Below are positions 37,090 to 47,742 of a DNA stretch of 64,000 nt, in pieces. This DNA comes from a virus. The notes below the pieces were generated by a model, which was not told the origin of the DNA, did not search any database, and worked only from the letters and a program-made list of their open reading frames with translations. Each line of letters begins with the position of its first letter. Positions within the stretch are counted from its first letter, which is position 1. The DNA lies in the IMG/VR virus record IMGVR_UViG_3300020048_000026, positions 64,001-128,000 of that record. One strand, 5' to 3'. Position numbers and translations under genes: made by a program.

Positions 37090-40000
37090 ATGTCTAAAAT
37101 TGATGAAAAATATATAAGTGCTTTAGAATCATTCACAGAAGCATTAGCAGAAATTGTTGAAACATTGAAAGAACAACAAAAAACTGGTAAGGCTGATACT
37201 GTTAATGAAATGCTCAAAAATAGTTCAGAAGGATTAGGAAAAGTTGTTAAAGATCTAAAGAAAGTAACACAAGAAGGTTTCAAAGATGTAAAGAATCAAA
37301 ATTCCATAATAGAGCGTAAAATTGATGGAATTAAGAAGCAGAAAGAATCTGGAATGTTTGATAAAATTGAGGATCCTAAGAATAAAAATAAAATTGTTGA
37401 TGGAATAAAAGTTGTAGTTTTGATTGCTGCTGGTGTTTTAGCATTAGGAATGGCTTTTAAAATTATAGGAAAGGTTGATTTTATTTCTGTTCTAGCACTT
37501 TCAGCAGCAATGGTTGCTATGGCTTTTGCATACACTAAAATATCGGATACTAAAGGTTTAAGTTTTGGTAAGATTTTTAGAGTTGCTATGATTTTACCTA
37601 TTATGGCATTAGGTTTAGCCGCATCTGGTTATTTATTAAGAAATTTTCCAAAAATCGGATTAATGCAAGGAATTTCAATAATGGTTGTTTCTGGTGCATT
37701 AGGACTTGCTACATATTTAATATCTAAAGCATTAGGTAAATTAAGTACCAAATCATTGATAATGATTCCTTTGATACCTTTTATTTTACCTCTTATCGCA
37801 TTAGGTATTGTTAAAGCTTCATATATATTGAAAGATGTGAAACAATTAACATTAATGCAGGTATTTTCTGTTGCTTTAGTTGGGTTAGCATTAGGTGTCG
37901 CAACTTTCGGTATAGGACTAGCATTAAAAGGAATGAAAAATATTTCTTGGAAAGAAATGTTAGCTTTACCTATTATGATTCCATTAATAGCAGGTGGTAT
38001 TGTACTTGCAAGTACAATTTTTCAAGCCTTTGTGCCTATCAAAAATCCTCTACAACTATTATTAGGTAGTTTAGTTATGGGTGTTTCTATTCTTATGTTT
38101 ACACCTGCAGTTTATATATTAGGTAAATTGAATTTCAGTCAAATTGTTAAAGGTTCTATTGGTGTTTTAGCCGTAGCAGGTGCGATATTAGGTGTTGCTT
38201 GGATATTTTCATTATTACCTGCTGAAATGAGGTATCCTGGATTTATGTGGTCATTAGGTGCTGGTTTGAGTATTATAGGTTTTGGATTACTTTCTGTCGC
38301 TTTAGGTCTTTTAACAACATTAGTTACACCAATAGTATTTGGTATTGGACTTTTGGCACTATTAGCCGTAGCAGGTGCGATATTAGGTGTTGCTTGGATA
38401 TTTTCATTATTACCTGCTGAAATGAGGTATCCTGGATTTATGTGGTCATTAGGTGCTGGTTTGAGTATTATAGGTTTTGGATTACTTTCTGTCGCTTTAG
38501 GTCTTTTAACAACATTAGTTACACCAATAGTATTTGGTATTGGACTTTTGGCACTATTAGCCGTAGCAGGTTCAATGGTTGGTGTTTCTTTAATATTAAA
38601 TCAAGGTAAATGGGATGGTCCGTATCCTTCACTTGGGTGGGCATTGGGTGTAGGTGGTTCATTACTAATATTTAGTCTTGCGGCAGTTGCCGCATCAGTT
38701 GGTGGATTAGCAAGTGCGATAGGTAGTTTATTTACTGGTGGTGAAGATCCTCTTGTTAAGATGGCAAATACAATGGTATTAGTATCGTTATTGCTACAAA
38801 AAGGTATTTGGAATAAAGGATATCCCTCTTATGCCTGGTCAATGGGTGTTGGTACAGCATTATTAATGTTTACAAGTGCTTATGCTACAATAACTGCGTT
38901 GGAAGGATTTAATAGAGTACTAAGTTTTCTAACTGGTGGTAAATCTAAGAGTTTTGATGAATTTGTATTAAGTGCAATTGGAACAATGATAGTTGCCAGA
39001 GAAATGCTTAATGTTGGTGATTGGAAAAGTGCTAAACACCCTACTTATGAGTGGTCTTTAGGTATAGGTACGGCATTGGCAACTTTTGCGTTGGCATATG
39101 CCACTATTATGGCTATTGAAGGTGCTGGTAGAGTTTTTGCATTTTTTACTGGTGGTAAATCTAAAAGTTTTGATCAATTTGTAATAAGTGCTGTTACTAC
39201 TATGGTTGTTGCTAGAGATATGCTCAATATTGGTGATTGGAGTTCGGCTAAACATCCTACAGGTGAGTGGGCATTAGGTGTTGGTACTGCACTTGCTATG
39301 TTTGCAACGGCATATGCAGTTATTACTGGTATTGAAGGTATTGGAAGAGTTTTTTCCTTTTTGACGGGTGGAAAAGCACAAAGTTTTAATGATTTTGTAG
39401 TAAGTGCATCAAGTGCTATGTCAACTGCCAGAGGTGAATTGGCTAAAGGTGATTGGAGCAATGCAAAATTGTTTCCTAGTAAAGAGTGGGCGGAAGGTGT
39501 AGGTATGTCATTATTTTTATTTGCAAGATCATATGCTATTATAAGTTCAGTTCCAAATTTTATGAGTAACGCAATTAAATTCTTAACTGGTAATAAAGAT
39601 GATCCTTTTAATAAATTTGTAATATCTGCTATGCATACAATGATAACTGCAAGGAACATATTAAGTAAGTCAGGAACATGGAATACAGCAAATTCTTATC
39701 CATCTAAAGATTATGTTGCAGGTGTTGGTGCAATGTTAACCGTTATGGCAGAAGCATATAGTAAATTTAATTCTATGGGATTTTTTGAAACTATGGCTAC
39801 TATTTTTGGTGGTAAGAAAAGAGTTTCATTAGATACTTTTGTTATTAGTGCATCAACGTCAATAGTTACAGCATCCACAATTTTAGGAAAAGGAAATTAT
39901 GGGCAATTACCAGATAAGAAATATTTAGATAATTTCGGTTATTTAATAGAAAAAATGGCAGATATAATGTCAGATTTTCAAGATGATGTTGATTTAGACG

Positions 40001-40746
40001 AAATTCAATCATTTAATACTGGATTTAGAATAATTATGACTACGTTAAGTATTATATCAAAGGGTGATTATAAAAATTTCCCTGAAATTACTGAAACAAA
40101 TAAATTAGTCTATTTTATTGTAAAATCTGCATATTCTGTTAAAAATACACCATCACCAGAAACATTTTTAAATTTTAATATAGGTATGAGTTATTTTGTA
40201 GCAGGCATCAATAAATTATCAACATTAAAACCATTACCAACTGGTTTCATGAATAGTTTTAATACTTTCTTAGAGTTTTTAAATAAAATGCCTGAGAAAT
40301 CTTTATTCTTTTCTGATAAATATGATAATATTAAGGAAATGGCAAAATCTGTCAATATGTTAGCGGAATCTTTTTCAAATTTGAATAAAGGTATGTTATC
40401 ATTTTTAGATATGTCAAAAGGATTATTTTTAATAAGTGTAATAGATGATGTAAAATTAGGTAAAGTTTTACAGTCAGTTCAAAAACATCAACAAGCACTA
40501 AAAATTGTAAATCAAGTACCAGAAGAACAATCTAATTTATTAGATGTTATTAAAAATTTATATGGAACAATACCTGCAATTATTGGTGGACAGTCAAAAG
40601 AGGAAGGACCAAAATTTGAAGGAAAAGATTCAGAAAAGAAACAGAAAGATAAATTTTATAATGATATTGCAGAGATTAAATCTGCATTATATCAATTATT
40701 AGATAATTTTGATAAACCAACACAAGCCGGTAGTTTTCATAAATAA
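37090..40746 (+). CDS. Tape-measure-like or membrane-penetrating repeat protein
   Basis: 1218 aa, Ala/Gly/Leu-rich amphipathic helices; repeated units W....P...W..GVG..L..F..AY. Confidence 0.55.
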   Translation: MSKIDEKYISALESFTEALAEIVETLKEQQKTGKADTVNEMLKNSSEGLGKVVKDLKKVTQEGFKDVKNQNSIIERKIDGIKKQKESGMFDKIEDPKNKNKIVDGIKVVVLIAAGVLALGMAFKIIGKVDFISVLALSAAMVAMAFAYTKISDTKGLSFGKIFRVAMILPIMALGLAASGYLLRNFPKIGLMQGISIMVVSGALGLATYLISKALGKLSTKSLIMIPLIPFILPLIALGIVKASYILKDVKQLTLMQVFSVALVGLALGVATFGIGLALKGMKNISWKEMLALPIMIPLIAGGIVLASTIFQAFVPIKNPLQLLLGSLVMGVSILMFTPAVYILGKLNFSQIVKGSIGVLAVAGAILGVAWIFSLLPAEMRYPGFMWSLGAGLSIIGFGLLSVALGLLTTLVTPIVFGIGLLALLAVAGAILGVAWIFSLLPAEMRYPGFMWSLGAGLSIIGFGLLSVALGLLTTLVTPIVFGIGLLALLAVAGSMVGVSLILNQGKWDGPYPSLGWALGVGGSLLIFSLAAVAASVGGLASAIGSLFTGGEDPLVKMANTMVLVSLLLQKGIWNKGYPSYAWSMGVGTALLMFTSAYATITALEGFNRVLSFLTGGKSKSFDEFVLSAIGTMIVAREMLNVGDWKSAKHPTYEWSLGIGTALATFALAYATIMAIEGAGRVFAFFTGGKSKSFDQFVISAVTTMVVARDMLNIGDWSSAKHPTGEWALGVGTALAMFATAYAVITGIEGIGRVFSFLTGGKAQSFNDFVVSASSAMSTARGELAKGDWSNAKLFPSKEWAEGVGMSLFLFARSYAIISSVPNFMSNAIKFLTGNKDDPFNKFVISAMHTMITARNILSKSGTWNTANSYPSKDYVAGVGAMLTVMAEAYSKFNSMGFFETMATIFGGKKRVSLDTFVISASTSIVTASTILGKGNYGQLPDKKYLDNFGYLIEKMADIMSDFQDDVDLDEIQSFNTGFRIIMTTLSIISKGDYKNFPEITETNKLVYFIVKSAYSVKNTPSPETFLNFNIGMSYFVAGINKLSTLKPLPTGFMNSFNTFLEFLNKMPEKSLFFSDKYDNIKEMAKSVNMLAESFSNLNKGMLSFLDMSKGLFLISVIDDVKLGKVLQSVQKHQQALKIVNQVPEEQSNLLDVIKNLYGTIPAIIGGQSKEEGPKFEGKDSEKKQKDKFYNDIAEIKSALYQLLDNFDKPTQAGSFHK
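38167..38571 (+). repeat. Perfect 195-bp in-frame tandem duplication
   Basis: CCGTAGCAGG recurs at 38171, 38366 and 38561; the two units appear identical. Confidence 0.9.
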
Positions 40747-40800
40747 ACTTTTTATCTATTAGAACCTAAACATGATTATATATAAGATAAAAAAATAATT

Positions 40801-41226
40801 ATGAAGAGATTTTTATATTTAATACGATATATTAGGCTTTTAAAAAAGAATAAAAAGAATTTATCGGAATCTAGAATTAATGATAATCCAAATCCATTGG
40901 GTATTCAATTTGATTGGATTTATAGATTATATACCGTTTTGAATTTACCATTTGAAGATAAAGAAAACATGGATAAATATGGATATTATTATATTGATAA
41001 TATGGTACAAAATCATGTTGTAGAAATAAATAATTTTTTATTTCAATTAGGTATTCTTGAATATGTTACTTTAGATATTGATAATATTCAACAAATTGAT
41101 GATTTTAATGTGCGTATTGTTCTAAAATTCAAGTATTTGAACTTGAAATTTTGGGCAAGATTTTTTGTTATTTTTGTGCCTATTTTTCTTGTTTTTGGAA
41201 TAATTTTTTTACTTATTTCAATATAA
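40801..41226 (+). CDS. Hypothetical protein with a C-terminal TM helix
   Basis: 141-aa ORF. Confidence 0.6.
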   Translation: MKRFLYLIRYIRLLKKNKKNLSESRINDNPNPLGIQFDWIYRLYTVLNLPFEDKENMDKYGYYYIDNMVQNHVVEINNFLFQLGILEYVTLDIDNIQQIDDFNVRIVLKFKYLNLKFWARFFVIFVPIFLVFGIIFLLISI

Positions 41227-41278
41227 TTAAACTTTACAATTCATTTTTAATATATGTTAAAAAACAAATTATATTATT

Positions 41279-41719
41279 ATGAGTAAAGAACAATTTCATG
41301 AATTATCAGACTACATCATTGAATATTTTGATGAATTGGAGAAAAAATTAAGTTTACCAGTTGATATTAAATATGTTTATCAAGCTGATGATAAACAAAA
41401 AACCCTAATAAAAATCGTAAAAATTGCTGATAGGTATTCAAATTTATTGAATGCTGATCTTTTGATTAGTTTTAATGAAGACTTTTTTGATGCATTTGAT
41501 GATGAAGCAAAGAATATACTTATTGATCAAGAGTTAGCATTAATAGAATTTAACCTTGAAAAAGGTATACTTAAACTAGGCAAAGCAGATTTAATAACAT
41601 CATCTGGCGTTATAAAGAAATATGGTGTTGATGCTGTTGAAAGGGCAAATCAAGTTAAAGATTTGTATAATAGCCAACAATTGGACCACGAAAAGGACAA
41701 TAAAAAAAATAATAAATAA
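41279..41719 (+). CDS. Hypothetical protein, possibly an inactive phage metallopeptidase-like fold
   Basis: ILIDQELA where HExxH would be expected; KKYG. Confidence 0.4.
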   Translation: MSKEQFHELSDYIIEYFDELEKKLSLPVDIKYVYQADDKQKTLIKIVKIADRYSNLLNADLLISFNEDFFDAFDDEAKNILIDQELALIEFNLEKGILKLGKADLITSSGVIKKYGVDAVERANQVKDLYNSQQLDHEKDNKKNNK

Positions 41720-41721
41720 AA

Positions 41722-42492
41722 ATGGAAGAAAAGAAATTTTTTGATTTTACAACTAACAATGAATTTAATTTGAATGAAGAGTATTCAACTTTATTTAAAG
41801 ATGAACAATTTAAAAGATCAAATCCTAATGAGGAAAAACTAAGAGATGCTGAAAATATCATATCAGAATTGGGTGCAAAATATGTTGAAGGATTATCTTT
41901 ACAAAAATATGAAAATATTTTTGTTAACCTAACAGAATTTTTAAAGAAATTCCGTATAGATTCAGAAGAAGTTACAAACTTAACTAAGGCTGATAGAGAT
42001 AAAGTTTTTGGTTATGGTAAAGAATTATTCGCATCCTATCAAGAACAATATAGCAATTTATATTTCAATTTTGAACTTTCTATTAAAGAATGGAATTATA
42101 TTGAACATACTTTGACTAAAAAATTGTCTTATAATGGACAAGAATTATTTAACTATTGGGAACTTTATATGAAATTTATTGGACCTACAAAGGAAATAGC
42201 TGATAAATTACCTAAACAATTGGAAACATTTGCTCCAGTATGTTCTATTCAAAGTTTAATTTTATTAAGTCACTTATTAATGAAACATGAAGAAAAAGCT
42301 TCAACTGACAGTTTTCATTATTTTAGAACAGTATTAACAGAAATAGCAAAAATGACTAGATTATTTAATGCATATGGTGTTATGTTAGAAAGAACTACTA
42401 ATCATTTCAATAATTGGGTCAATGCATTAAATGCGATGGATGGATACAATAATGATGAAAGGATTGATGATGGTGAGCAACAACAACAATAA
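41722..42492 (+). CDS. Hypothetical protein
   Basis: 256-aa ORF. Confidence 0.65.
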   Translation: MEEKKFFDFTTNNEFNLNEEYSTLFKDEQFKRSNPNEEKLRDAENIISELGAKYVEGLSLQKYENIFVNLTEFLKKFRIDSEEVTNLTKADRDKVFGYGKELFASYQEQYSNLYFNFELSIKEWNYIEHTLTKKLSYNGQELFNYWELYMKFIGPTKEIADKLPKQLETFAPVCSIQSLILLSHLLMKHEEKASTDSFHYFRTVLTEIAKMTRLFNAYGVMLERTTNHFNNWVNALNAMDGYNNDERIDDGEQQQQ

Positions 42493-42802
42493 GAAAGAAA
42501 TATTTTCTGAACTAAGATTTTTTAATTTTCGTGATAACGAAATTAAAATCGCATCTTTGGAAAACAAAGTTGACATTATGAATGAACTCAAAACTCTCAA
42601 AATCATAGAGTTGAATGATTTTGAGAGTTTTGAATCATATGTTAATTATGATCATTTTTTAATATTTAAATTAAATGATGAATATTATTTTTGCGAAACA
42701 GAATTGGTTCCACAACTACAAAAAGAAAGTATGATTAAAATTTTAGATTTTAATCATCAATTAAGAAAAGATAAAATTAAAAAAATTGAAAATGAAAACT
42801 AA
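42467..42802 (+). CDS. Hypothetical protein with RKDKIKKI tag
   Basis: ORF 42431-42802; start probably at the MMVS methionines. Confidence 0.55.
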   Translation: MMVSNNNNKKEIFSELRFFNFRDNEIKIASLENKVDIMNELKTLKIIELNDFESFESYVNYDHFLIFKLNDEYYFCETELVPQLQKESMIKILDFNHQLRKDKIKKIENEN

Positions 42803-43043
42803 ATTACCAACACAAGAAGAAAATCCATTAGGATTACAAAATCGTTATCATGTGTCAAAAGTGAATGGTGAGCCAATAGATGAAGGAGCAGAGTATTTTT
42901 TACTAAGATTAGATGATGGTGGAAGTGATCCAATACATATTAACGCATGTAAAAAGGCAATTATGATATATGCCAAAGAAATTGAAAATCATCTACCACA
43001 ATTATCAAAAGATTTAATTGATAGATACGGTGATACAAAATAA
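42792..43043 (+). CDS. Hypothetical protein
   Basis: YFLLRLD motif; coupled ORF. Confidence 0.6.
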   Translation: MKTKLPTQEENPLGLQNRYHVSKVNGEPIDEGAEYFLLRLDDGGSDPIHINACKKAIMIYAKEIENHLPQLSKDLIDRYGDTK

Positions 43044-43053
43044 GAACTAAAAT

Positions 43054-43278
43054 ATGACAGAAGATATAAAAAATGCATTATTTTTAGATATTAATACTCT
43101 AAAATATAAAATACAAAATAAAACAAGAGGAAGAGTAAGAATTTTTTTAGGTGAATTTGTTGGTGATGATTTTAATATTACTGTAGACACAATACAAAAC
43201 CTAGAATCACAAGAGCAAAGTAAATTAAGGGGATATATAAAATCTATTATTCTCTCTAAATATTCAATAATATTTTAA
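43054..43278 (+). CDS. Hypothetical protein
   Basis: 74-aa ORF. Confidence 0.5.
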   Translation: MTEDIKNALFLDINTLKYKIQNKTRGRVRIFLGEFVGDDFNITVDTIQNLESQEQSKLRGYIKSIILSKYSIIF

Positions 43279-43465
43279 TCCGGCAAAGCCGGTATCACCT
43301 TCGGTTTAGGTTTCTTGCAGCCTGTACACCCTTTCTCACGGTACAACGATAGATTTCATTCAGAACAAGAGGGATCTACCGCTATCTACTTTAGTAATAG
43401 ATTGGTTCAACCTTGTGATAACGACCATTTTAACAAGTCTTACTATGAAAGTACAAAATGGTTAA
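43279..43465 (-). ncRNA. Candidate structured non-coding RNA
   Basis: ORF-free and GC-richer than the background; serial hairpins; TACTTTTG box at 43488-43495 on the minus strand. Confidence 0.5.
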
Positions 43466-43559
43466 AAATACTTAATTTTTAATAATACAAAAGTATAACA
43501 TTTTTTTAAATAAAAAAATTATTAATTTTTATTTTCAATTTTTATATATATCTTTGAGC

Positions 43560-44012
43560 ATGGAGATAACATTTGAAAATTTTAAATTTTATAAAAAGGG
43601 ATTGAATATAACATATTCTGGAATTGTTTTAGATAATGATTCCAAAAACCTTTTATTATCAACTTTTATTTATCCTAATCCTGAGTATTCTGATTGGATT
43701 AAAATAGCAGATCATATGACGATATGCATGGGTGAGTTACCTGAACATTTGAAAAGATATTGGTTAGATGAAGAAGTTACATTAACGGTAAGAGAAATTG
43801 GTATTAGTGATAAGGCAGTTGCTGTGAAAGTTAATGGATTTTTCATAATTTCTAAACCAAATCAATTAGAAAATGAGGGTCCAAAATTACAACACATAAC
43901 ATTGGCTATTAATCCTTTTGATGCTAAACCATCGGATTCTAACTATATAGAAAATTGGAAAAGAATAACACCCATAAAATTAAGAGGTACAATTAAAGAA
44001 ATTCAATTTTAA
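43560..44012 (+). CDS. 2H phosphoesterase (cyclic phosphodiesterase, RNA-repair-like)
   Basis: Two HxT motifs, HMTI and HITL; KPSDSN.I..W. Confidence 0.75.
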   Translation: MEITFENFKFYKKGLNITYSGIVLDNDSKNLLLSTFIYPNPEYSDWIKIADHMTICMGELPEHLKRYWLDEEVTLTVREIGISDKAVAVKVNGFFIISKPNQLENEGPKLQHITLAINPFDAKPSDSNYIENWKRITPIKLRGTIKEIQF

Positions 44013-44066
44013 TTTTAAAACAAAACAGGTATTTTATTCTATATAAAGAAAAATAATAATACTGTT

Positions 44067-44384
44067 ATGCCAAAATCAAAAAATACTAAAGATCATAAAC
44101 AGCGATTAGCTAAATACAAAGCTAATAAAAAGATTGAACAAGAATCATTCAAGAAAAAGTTGATTGATAATTATATGAAAATGCAACAAGATGCACTTGC
44201 ACAATCAGAAGCACACACATCAACAGAAGATGTTGAGGGACCATCAATTGATATTGATGAATTGAATCAAATTGAAGATTGGGAATCAACAGATGATTTA
44301 CCTACTGATTTACCTGATGATTTGTTTATGGATGATGTTGTAATAGAAAATATAGAAATTGAAAATCCAGATAAAACAGAATAA
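44067..44384 (+). CDS. Hypothetical protein with a basic N-terminus and acidic C-terminus
   Basis: 105-aa ORF. Confidence 0.6.
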   Translation: MPKSKNTKDHKQRLAKYKANKKIEQESFKKKLIDNYMKMQQDALAQSEAHTSTEDVEGPSIDIDELNQIEDWESTDDLPTDLPDDLFMDDVVIENIEIENPDKTE

Positions 44385-44398
44385 AATAATAATTTAAA

Positions 44399-45442
44399 AT
44401 GATAACAATAACAAATAATAACATTTATCATAACGATTTCTCTATTTCTACATTGTCCTCTATGGAAAATGTTCAGATAGTTGATATTGAAGATATTGTG
44501 AATTTTTTATCCGATCCTGTGGAATTAGGTGAAAGTGTAACTTTCAAAAAATTATTTAGTATAGCATCATTTAATATTGAAAAATTCAATGAAATTTTTT
44601 ATTCAGCTTTAGGTGGATTCAACCTTGAACCATTTTTACAAGAAATAGAAAATAATCCTACTGAAACTATTGAAAGTGAATATCTTGAGGTTTATTGGTT
44701 TTGTGAAAAATATGAAAATGAATTAAATATTTTCCCTTCATTACACGGTGTTTCGTCAAAAGAAGTATATGGTATTGATTTTGTGTCTCTTAATAATCTT
44801 AAAAATTTTAATATTAGAATAAATCCAGTAGTTGAAATATTTGATTATAGTAAGATTAAAAATGAAAATCTTGAAAATGTTAAAGATATTGAAAAATTAG
44901 AATTAGGTGAAAAACAATTCACTTTATTTGAATTATTTTTTGCTATTTTTCATGAAATTTCTTTCTATGGTGGACCTCAAGATAAAAAAGAAAAACTTAA
45001 AGAACTTGAAGTTTCAATTGATGATGTAGAAAATAATATTGATAAAATAAGAGAAGATTCTAAATTAACTTCTTTTGAAGATATTATGGATAAATTAGAT
45101 GCTCAGGATAAATATCTTGTGAAGTATAAAGATTTAAGAGATAGAGTTGAAGAAGATAGAATCGGTAATAAAAGAAATTTAAATAAATTGAAGAATTGTT
45201 TAATTGAAAAACTTAAAATATTTGATATTATTGAAAATTCTGATGATAATTTGAAATCATATTATAAAAAATTAACAGATAACGAATATAATATGCAATT
45301 ATTATATGGTGAAGATGAAGATATATCTTTTCATAGATTTTGGGAAACCCCGAAATGTACTTGTCCAAAGATAGACAATATAGAGATATATCCATCAAAA
45401 ACACCTATTTTTGATAATAACTGCAAAATACATGGAAAATAA
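44399..45442 (+). CDS. Hypothetical protein with a C-terminal Cys/His cluster
   Basis: HRFW..PKCTCPKIDN...CKIHG. Confidence 0.65.
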   Translation: MITITNNNIYHNDFSISTLSSMENVQIVDIEDIVNFLSDPVELGESVTFKKLFSIASFNIEKFNEIFYSALGGFNLEPFLQEIENNPTETIESEYLEVYWFCEKYENELNIFPSLHGVSSKEVYGIDFVSLNNLKNFNIRINPVVEIFDYSKIKNENLENVKDIEKLELGEKQFTLFELFFAIFHEISFYGGPQDKKEKLKELEVSIDDVENNIDKIREDSKLTSFEDIMDKLDAQDKYLVKYKDLRDRVEEDRIGNKRNLNKLKNCLIEKLKIFDIIENSDDNLKSYYKKLTDNEYNMQLLYGEDEDISFHRFWETPKCTCPKIDNIEIYPSKTPIFDNNCKIHGK

Positions 45443-46176
45443 TGAATAGAGATAAATTAATAGATATAGTGAATGATACACTTGAAATGTGTGAAAATGA
45501 ATATGATTGGATGATTGTAAAAGCATCTAATATTTTTTATAGTAATAATTACTTTACTAATAATACTTTAATAAAGAAATTTTCCAATCCAAATATAAAA
45601 TTGGTAAAACAAACTACTGTTGAGGCTATTATTGATAATAAAGATAAGGTTTTTGCCGTTCTAAATTTTGCATCAGCAAAAAATCCTGGTGGTGGAGTAT
45701 TAAAAGGTTCTGTTGCACAAGAAGAAGCATTAGCAAGAGTCTCATCTTTATATCCTGTTATTAAACAATGTACAGAATTTTATGGTCCTACATCAGCGCC
45801 CTATTATACAGATAAAATCATATACTCAAAACCAATATATGTTTTTAAAGATGATTATGGTACAGAAATAGAACCTATTGAGTGTGAAGTAATTACTTGT
45901 GCTGCACCAAATTACGCTTTTGGTGATGATATTGATATAGAAGATCACAAGAAGGTAATGACGAGGAGATTTATAAAAGTTTTAAAATCTGCTATTGAAA
46001 ATAATCAGAGAAATCTTATTTTAGGTGCTTGGGGATGTGGAGTATTCAAAAATCCTCCTGATATAAACGCTCAGATATTTAGAGATGTATTAAGTATGTT
46101 TTCTAGTTCATTTGATGAAGTGGTATTTGCTATACCAGATGATAGAAATTTTCAAATTTTTCAAAAAAATTTATAA
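45442..46176 (+). CDS. TIGR02452/bacterial PARG-like macrodomain protein
   Basis: LNFASAKNPGGG...GSVAQEE.L.R.S.L, ITCAAPN, LGAWGCGVFKNP. Confidence 0.9.
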   Translation: MNRDKLIDIVNDTLEMCENEYDWMIVKASNIFYSNNYFTNNTLIKKFSNPNIKLVKQTTVEAIIDNKDKVFAVLNFASAKNPGGGVLKGSVAQEEALARVSSLYPVIKQCTEFYGPTSAPYYTDKIIYSKPIYVFKDDYGTEIEPIECEVITCAAPNYAFGDDIDIEDHKKVMTRRFIKVLKSAIENNQRNLILGAWGCGVFKNPPDINAQIFRDVLSMFSSSFDEVVFAIPDDRNFQIFQKNL

Positions 46177-46177
46177 T

Positions 46178-46537
46178 ATGAAAAAATTATTTATATTTTT
46201 GTTTTTGATGGTTGTAGCTTTTGTCTCCCATTCTTTTGCTCAAAATGATAAATGTCTTAAAGTATCAAATGATATTATTAAAGATGTAAAAGGTAAAATT
46301 ATTAGTCAGAGTCTTAGTTATGATCAAAATATCTACACAATAAAAGTAGAAGTTCCAGCAACTTATGATATAAATATGGTAAAAACTGCTTGTGATTCTA
46401 CTAATGCAAAAGTTGTTTTTGATTGGAAACTCAATTATGATAAGAATTATGAAAAAACATTATTAATAGGAGGTAAAAGTATGTTAATTATGTATTATCC
46501 AGGTGATAAAGTAATATATTTTGAGTTTCCTAAGTAA
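46178..46537 (+). CDS. Secreted protein with signal peptide
   Basis: Probable start MKKLFIFLFLMVVAFVSHSFAQ. Confidence 0.6.
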   Translation: MKKLFIFLFLMVVAFVSHSFAQNDKCLKVSNDIIKDVKGKIISQSLSYDQNIYTIKVEVPATYDINMVKTACDSTNAKVVFDWKLNYDKNYEKTLLIGGKSMLIMYYPGDKVIYFEFPK

Positions 46538-46567
46538 ACAAAAACCTCGGAAGAGGTTTTTTTGTTT
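46537..46567 (+). terminator. Intrinsic terminator
   Basis: AAAAACCTC-GGAA-GAGGTTTTTTT. Confidence 0.75.
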
Positions 46568-46590
46568 TAAAGTATTAATATATAAACATT

Positions 46591-47742
46591 ATGAAATATC
46601 TATCTTATTTTAAAGAGAACGTTGATCAAGAGAATTTTAAAGATGATGTTGAAACAGTTTTTGAGAGTGATGAATGGTTAGTAATTAGACCAAAATCATA
46701 TGAATCTTTGTGTTTTTATGGTAAAGATACCGAATGGAGACTTGCTGATCAAGCACATGAATATTTATTTCATCCGGAGGATACTTATATAAATATCAAT
46801 AAAGATGATGATAATTTAATATTATTTGATTTTTATAATTGTGATTTTTGTGATAAAGAAGAAGATACTGTGTATTTGAAAGATTTTTTTGATATAAATA
46901 ATGAGTTGTATTATTTTTATGGTGAGTTAATACAAAATAGTAATGTAGTTAAAGAAGGAGATAATTATTGGGTTGTTATTGATGATTATGTTTTTTTTAC
47001 AGATTATTTTAAATTAGACAGAAATACTAGAGATGATTTTATAAAAAGAATGTTAAGTGGTGAAGATAGAGAAATTTTTAGTTATGATAGTAGAGATTTT
47101 GATATTGATGAGTTTTATGGAAAATTAAATGATAAAAATTTATTATTATTAAAAACAGTACTAAGATTAGAAAGAAATTTTGATGTTGATTATGATTATG
47201 ATGTAAATGGAGTAAAAAATTATGATGATATTACATCAATAGTTAAGGAATATGACTTAGAAGAATTAAAAAAGTTTTTAAGACATTGTGTGTGTGAGGC
47301 TCGTGAAGATGCAGATTCTTGTAAAGCCTATGAAGAAATAACAGATGAAATTTATGATTTTTTTAATCTTGAAATTGGTTCGGCTAAATGGCAAAAGTAT
47401 AAGAATTCAAAATATGATAAATTATGGATAAGATTTAAGACTAAAGCCGCAGCTTATTATTCAAAGTTTTTATTTAATGGTTATGATGATAGTTATTCTG
47501 ATGAAAAAATAAACTATTATTCAAAAGATTATTATGGAGATTTAAAAGATTTGGAAATTTCTTTTAATGATGCTATTGAAAATAAGATTTTTGATTTTGA
47601 CTCTGCTAATGTAAATTATAGTGATATAAAAGAATTCTTAAGTATTTGGAATGAATCAAAAGAAAAAAATCCATCAGCAACAGAAGAAGAAATTGAGAAA
47701 GATGTTGATTTTTATTTTAATGCAAAAAAATATAATTTATAA
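46591..47742 (+). CDS. Acidic putative virion-internal protein (... AKKYNL)
   Basis: Shared terminal motifs; TAATATATA upstream. Confidence 0.65.
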   Translation: MKYLSYFKENVDQENFKDDVETVFESDEWLVIRPKSYESLCFYGKDTEWRLADQAHEYLFHPEDTYININKDDDNLILFDFYNCDFCDKEEDTVYLKDFFDINNELYYFYGELIQNSNVVKEGDNYWVVIDDYVFFTDYFKLDRNTRDDFIKRMLSGEDREIFSYDSRDFDIDEFYGKLNDKNLLLLKTVLRLERNFDVDYDYDVNGVKNYDDITSIVKEYDLEELKKFLRHCVCEAREDADSCKAYEEITDEIYDFFNLEIGSAKWQKYKNSKYDKLWIRFKTKAAAYYSKFLFNGYDDSYSDEKINYYSKDYYGDLKDLEISFNDAIENKIFDFDSANVNYSDIKEFLSIWNESKEKNPSATEEEIEKDVDFYFNAKKYNL

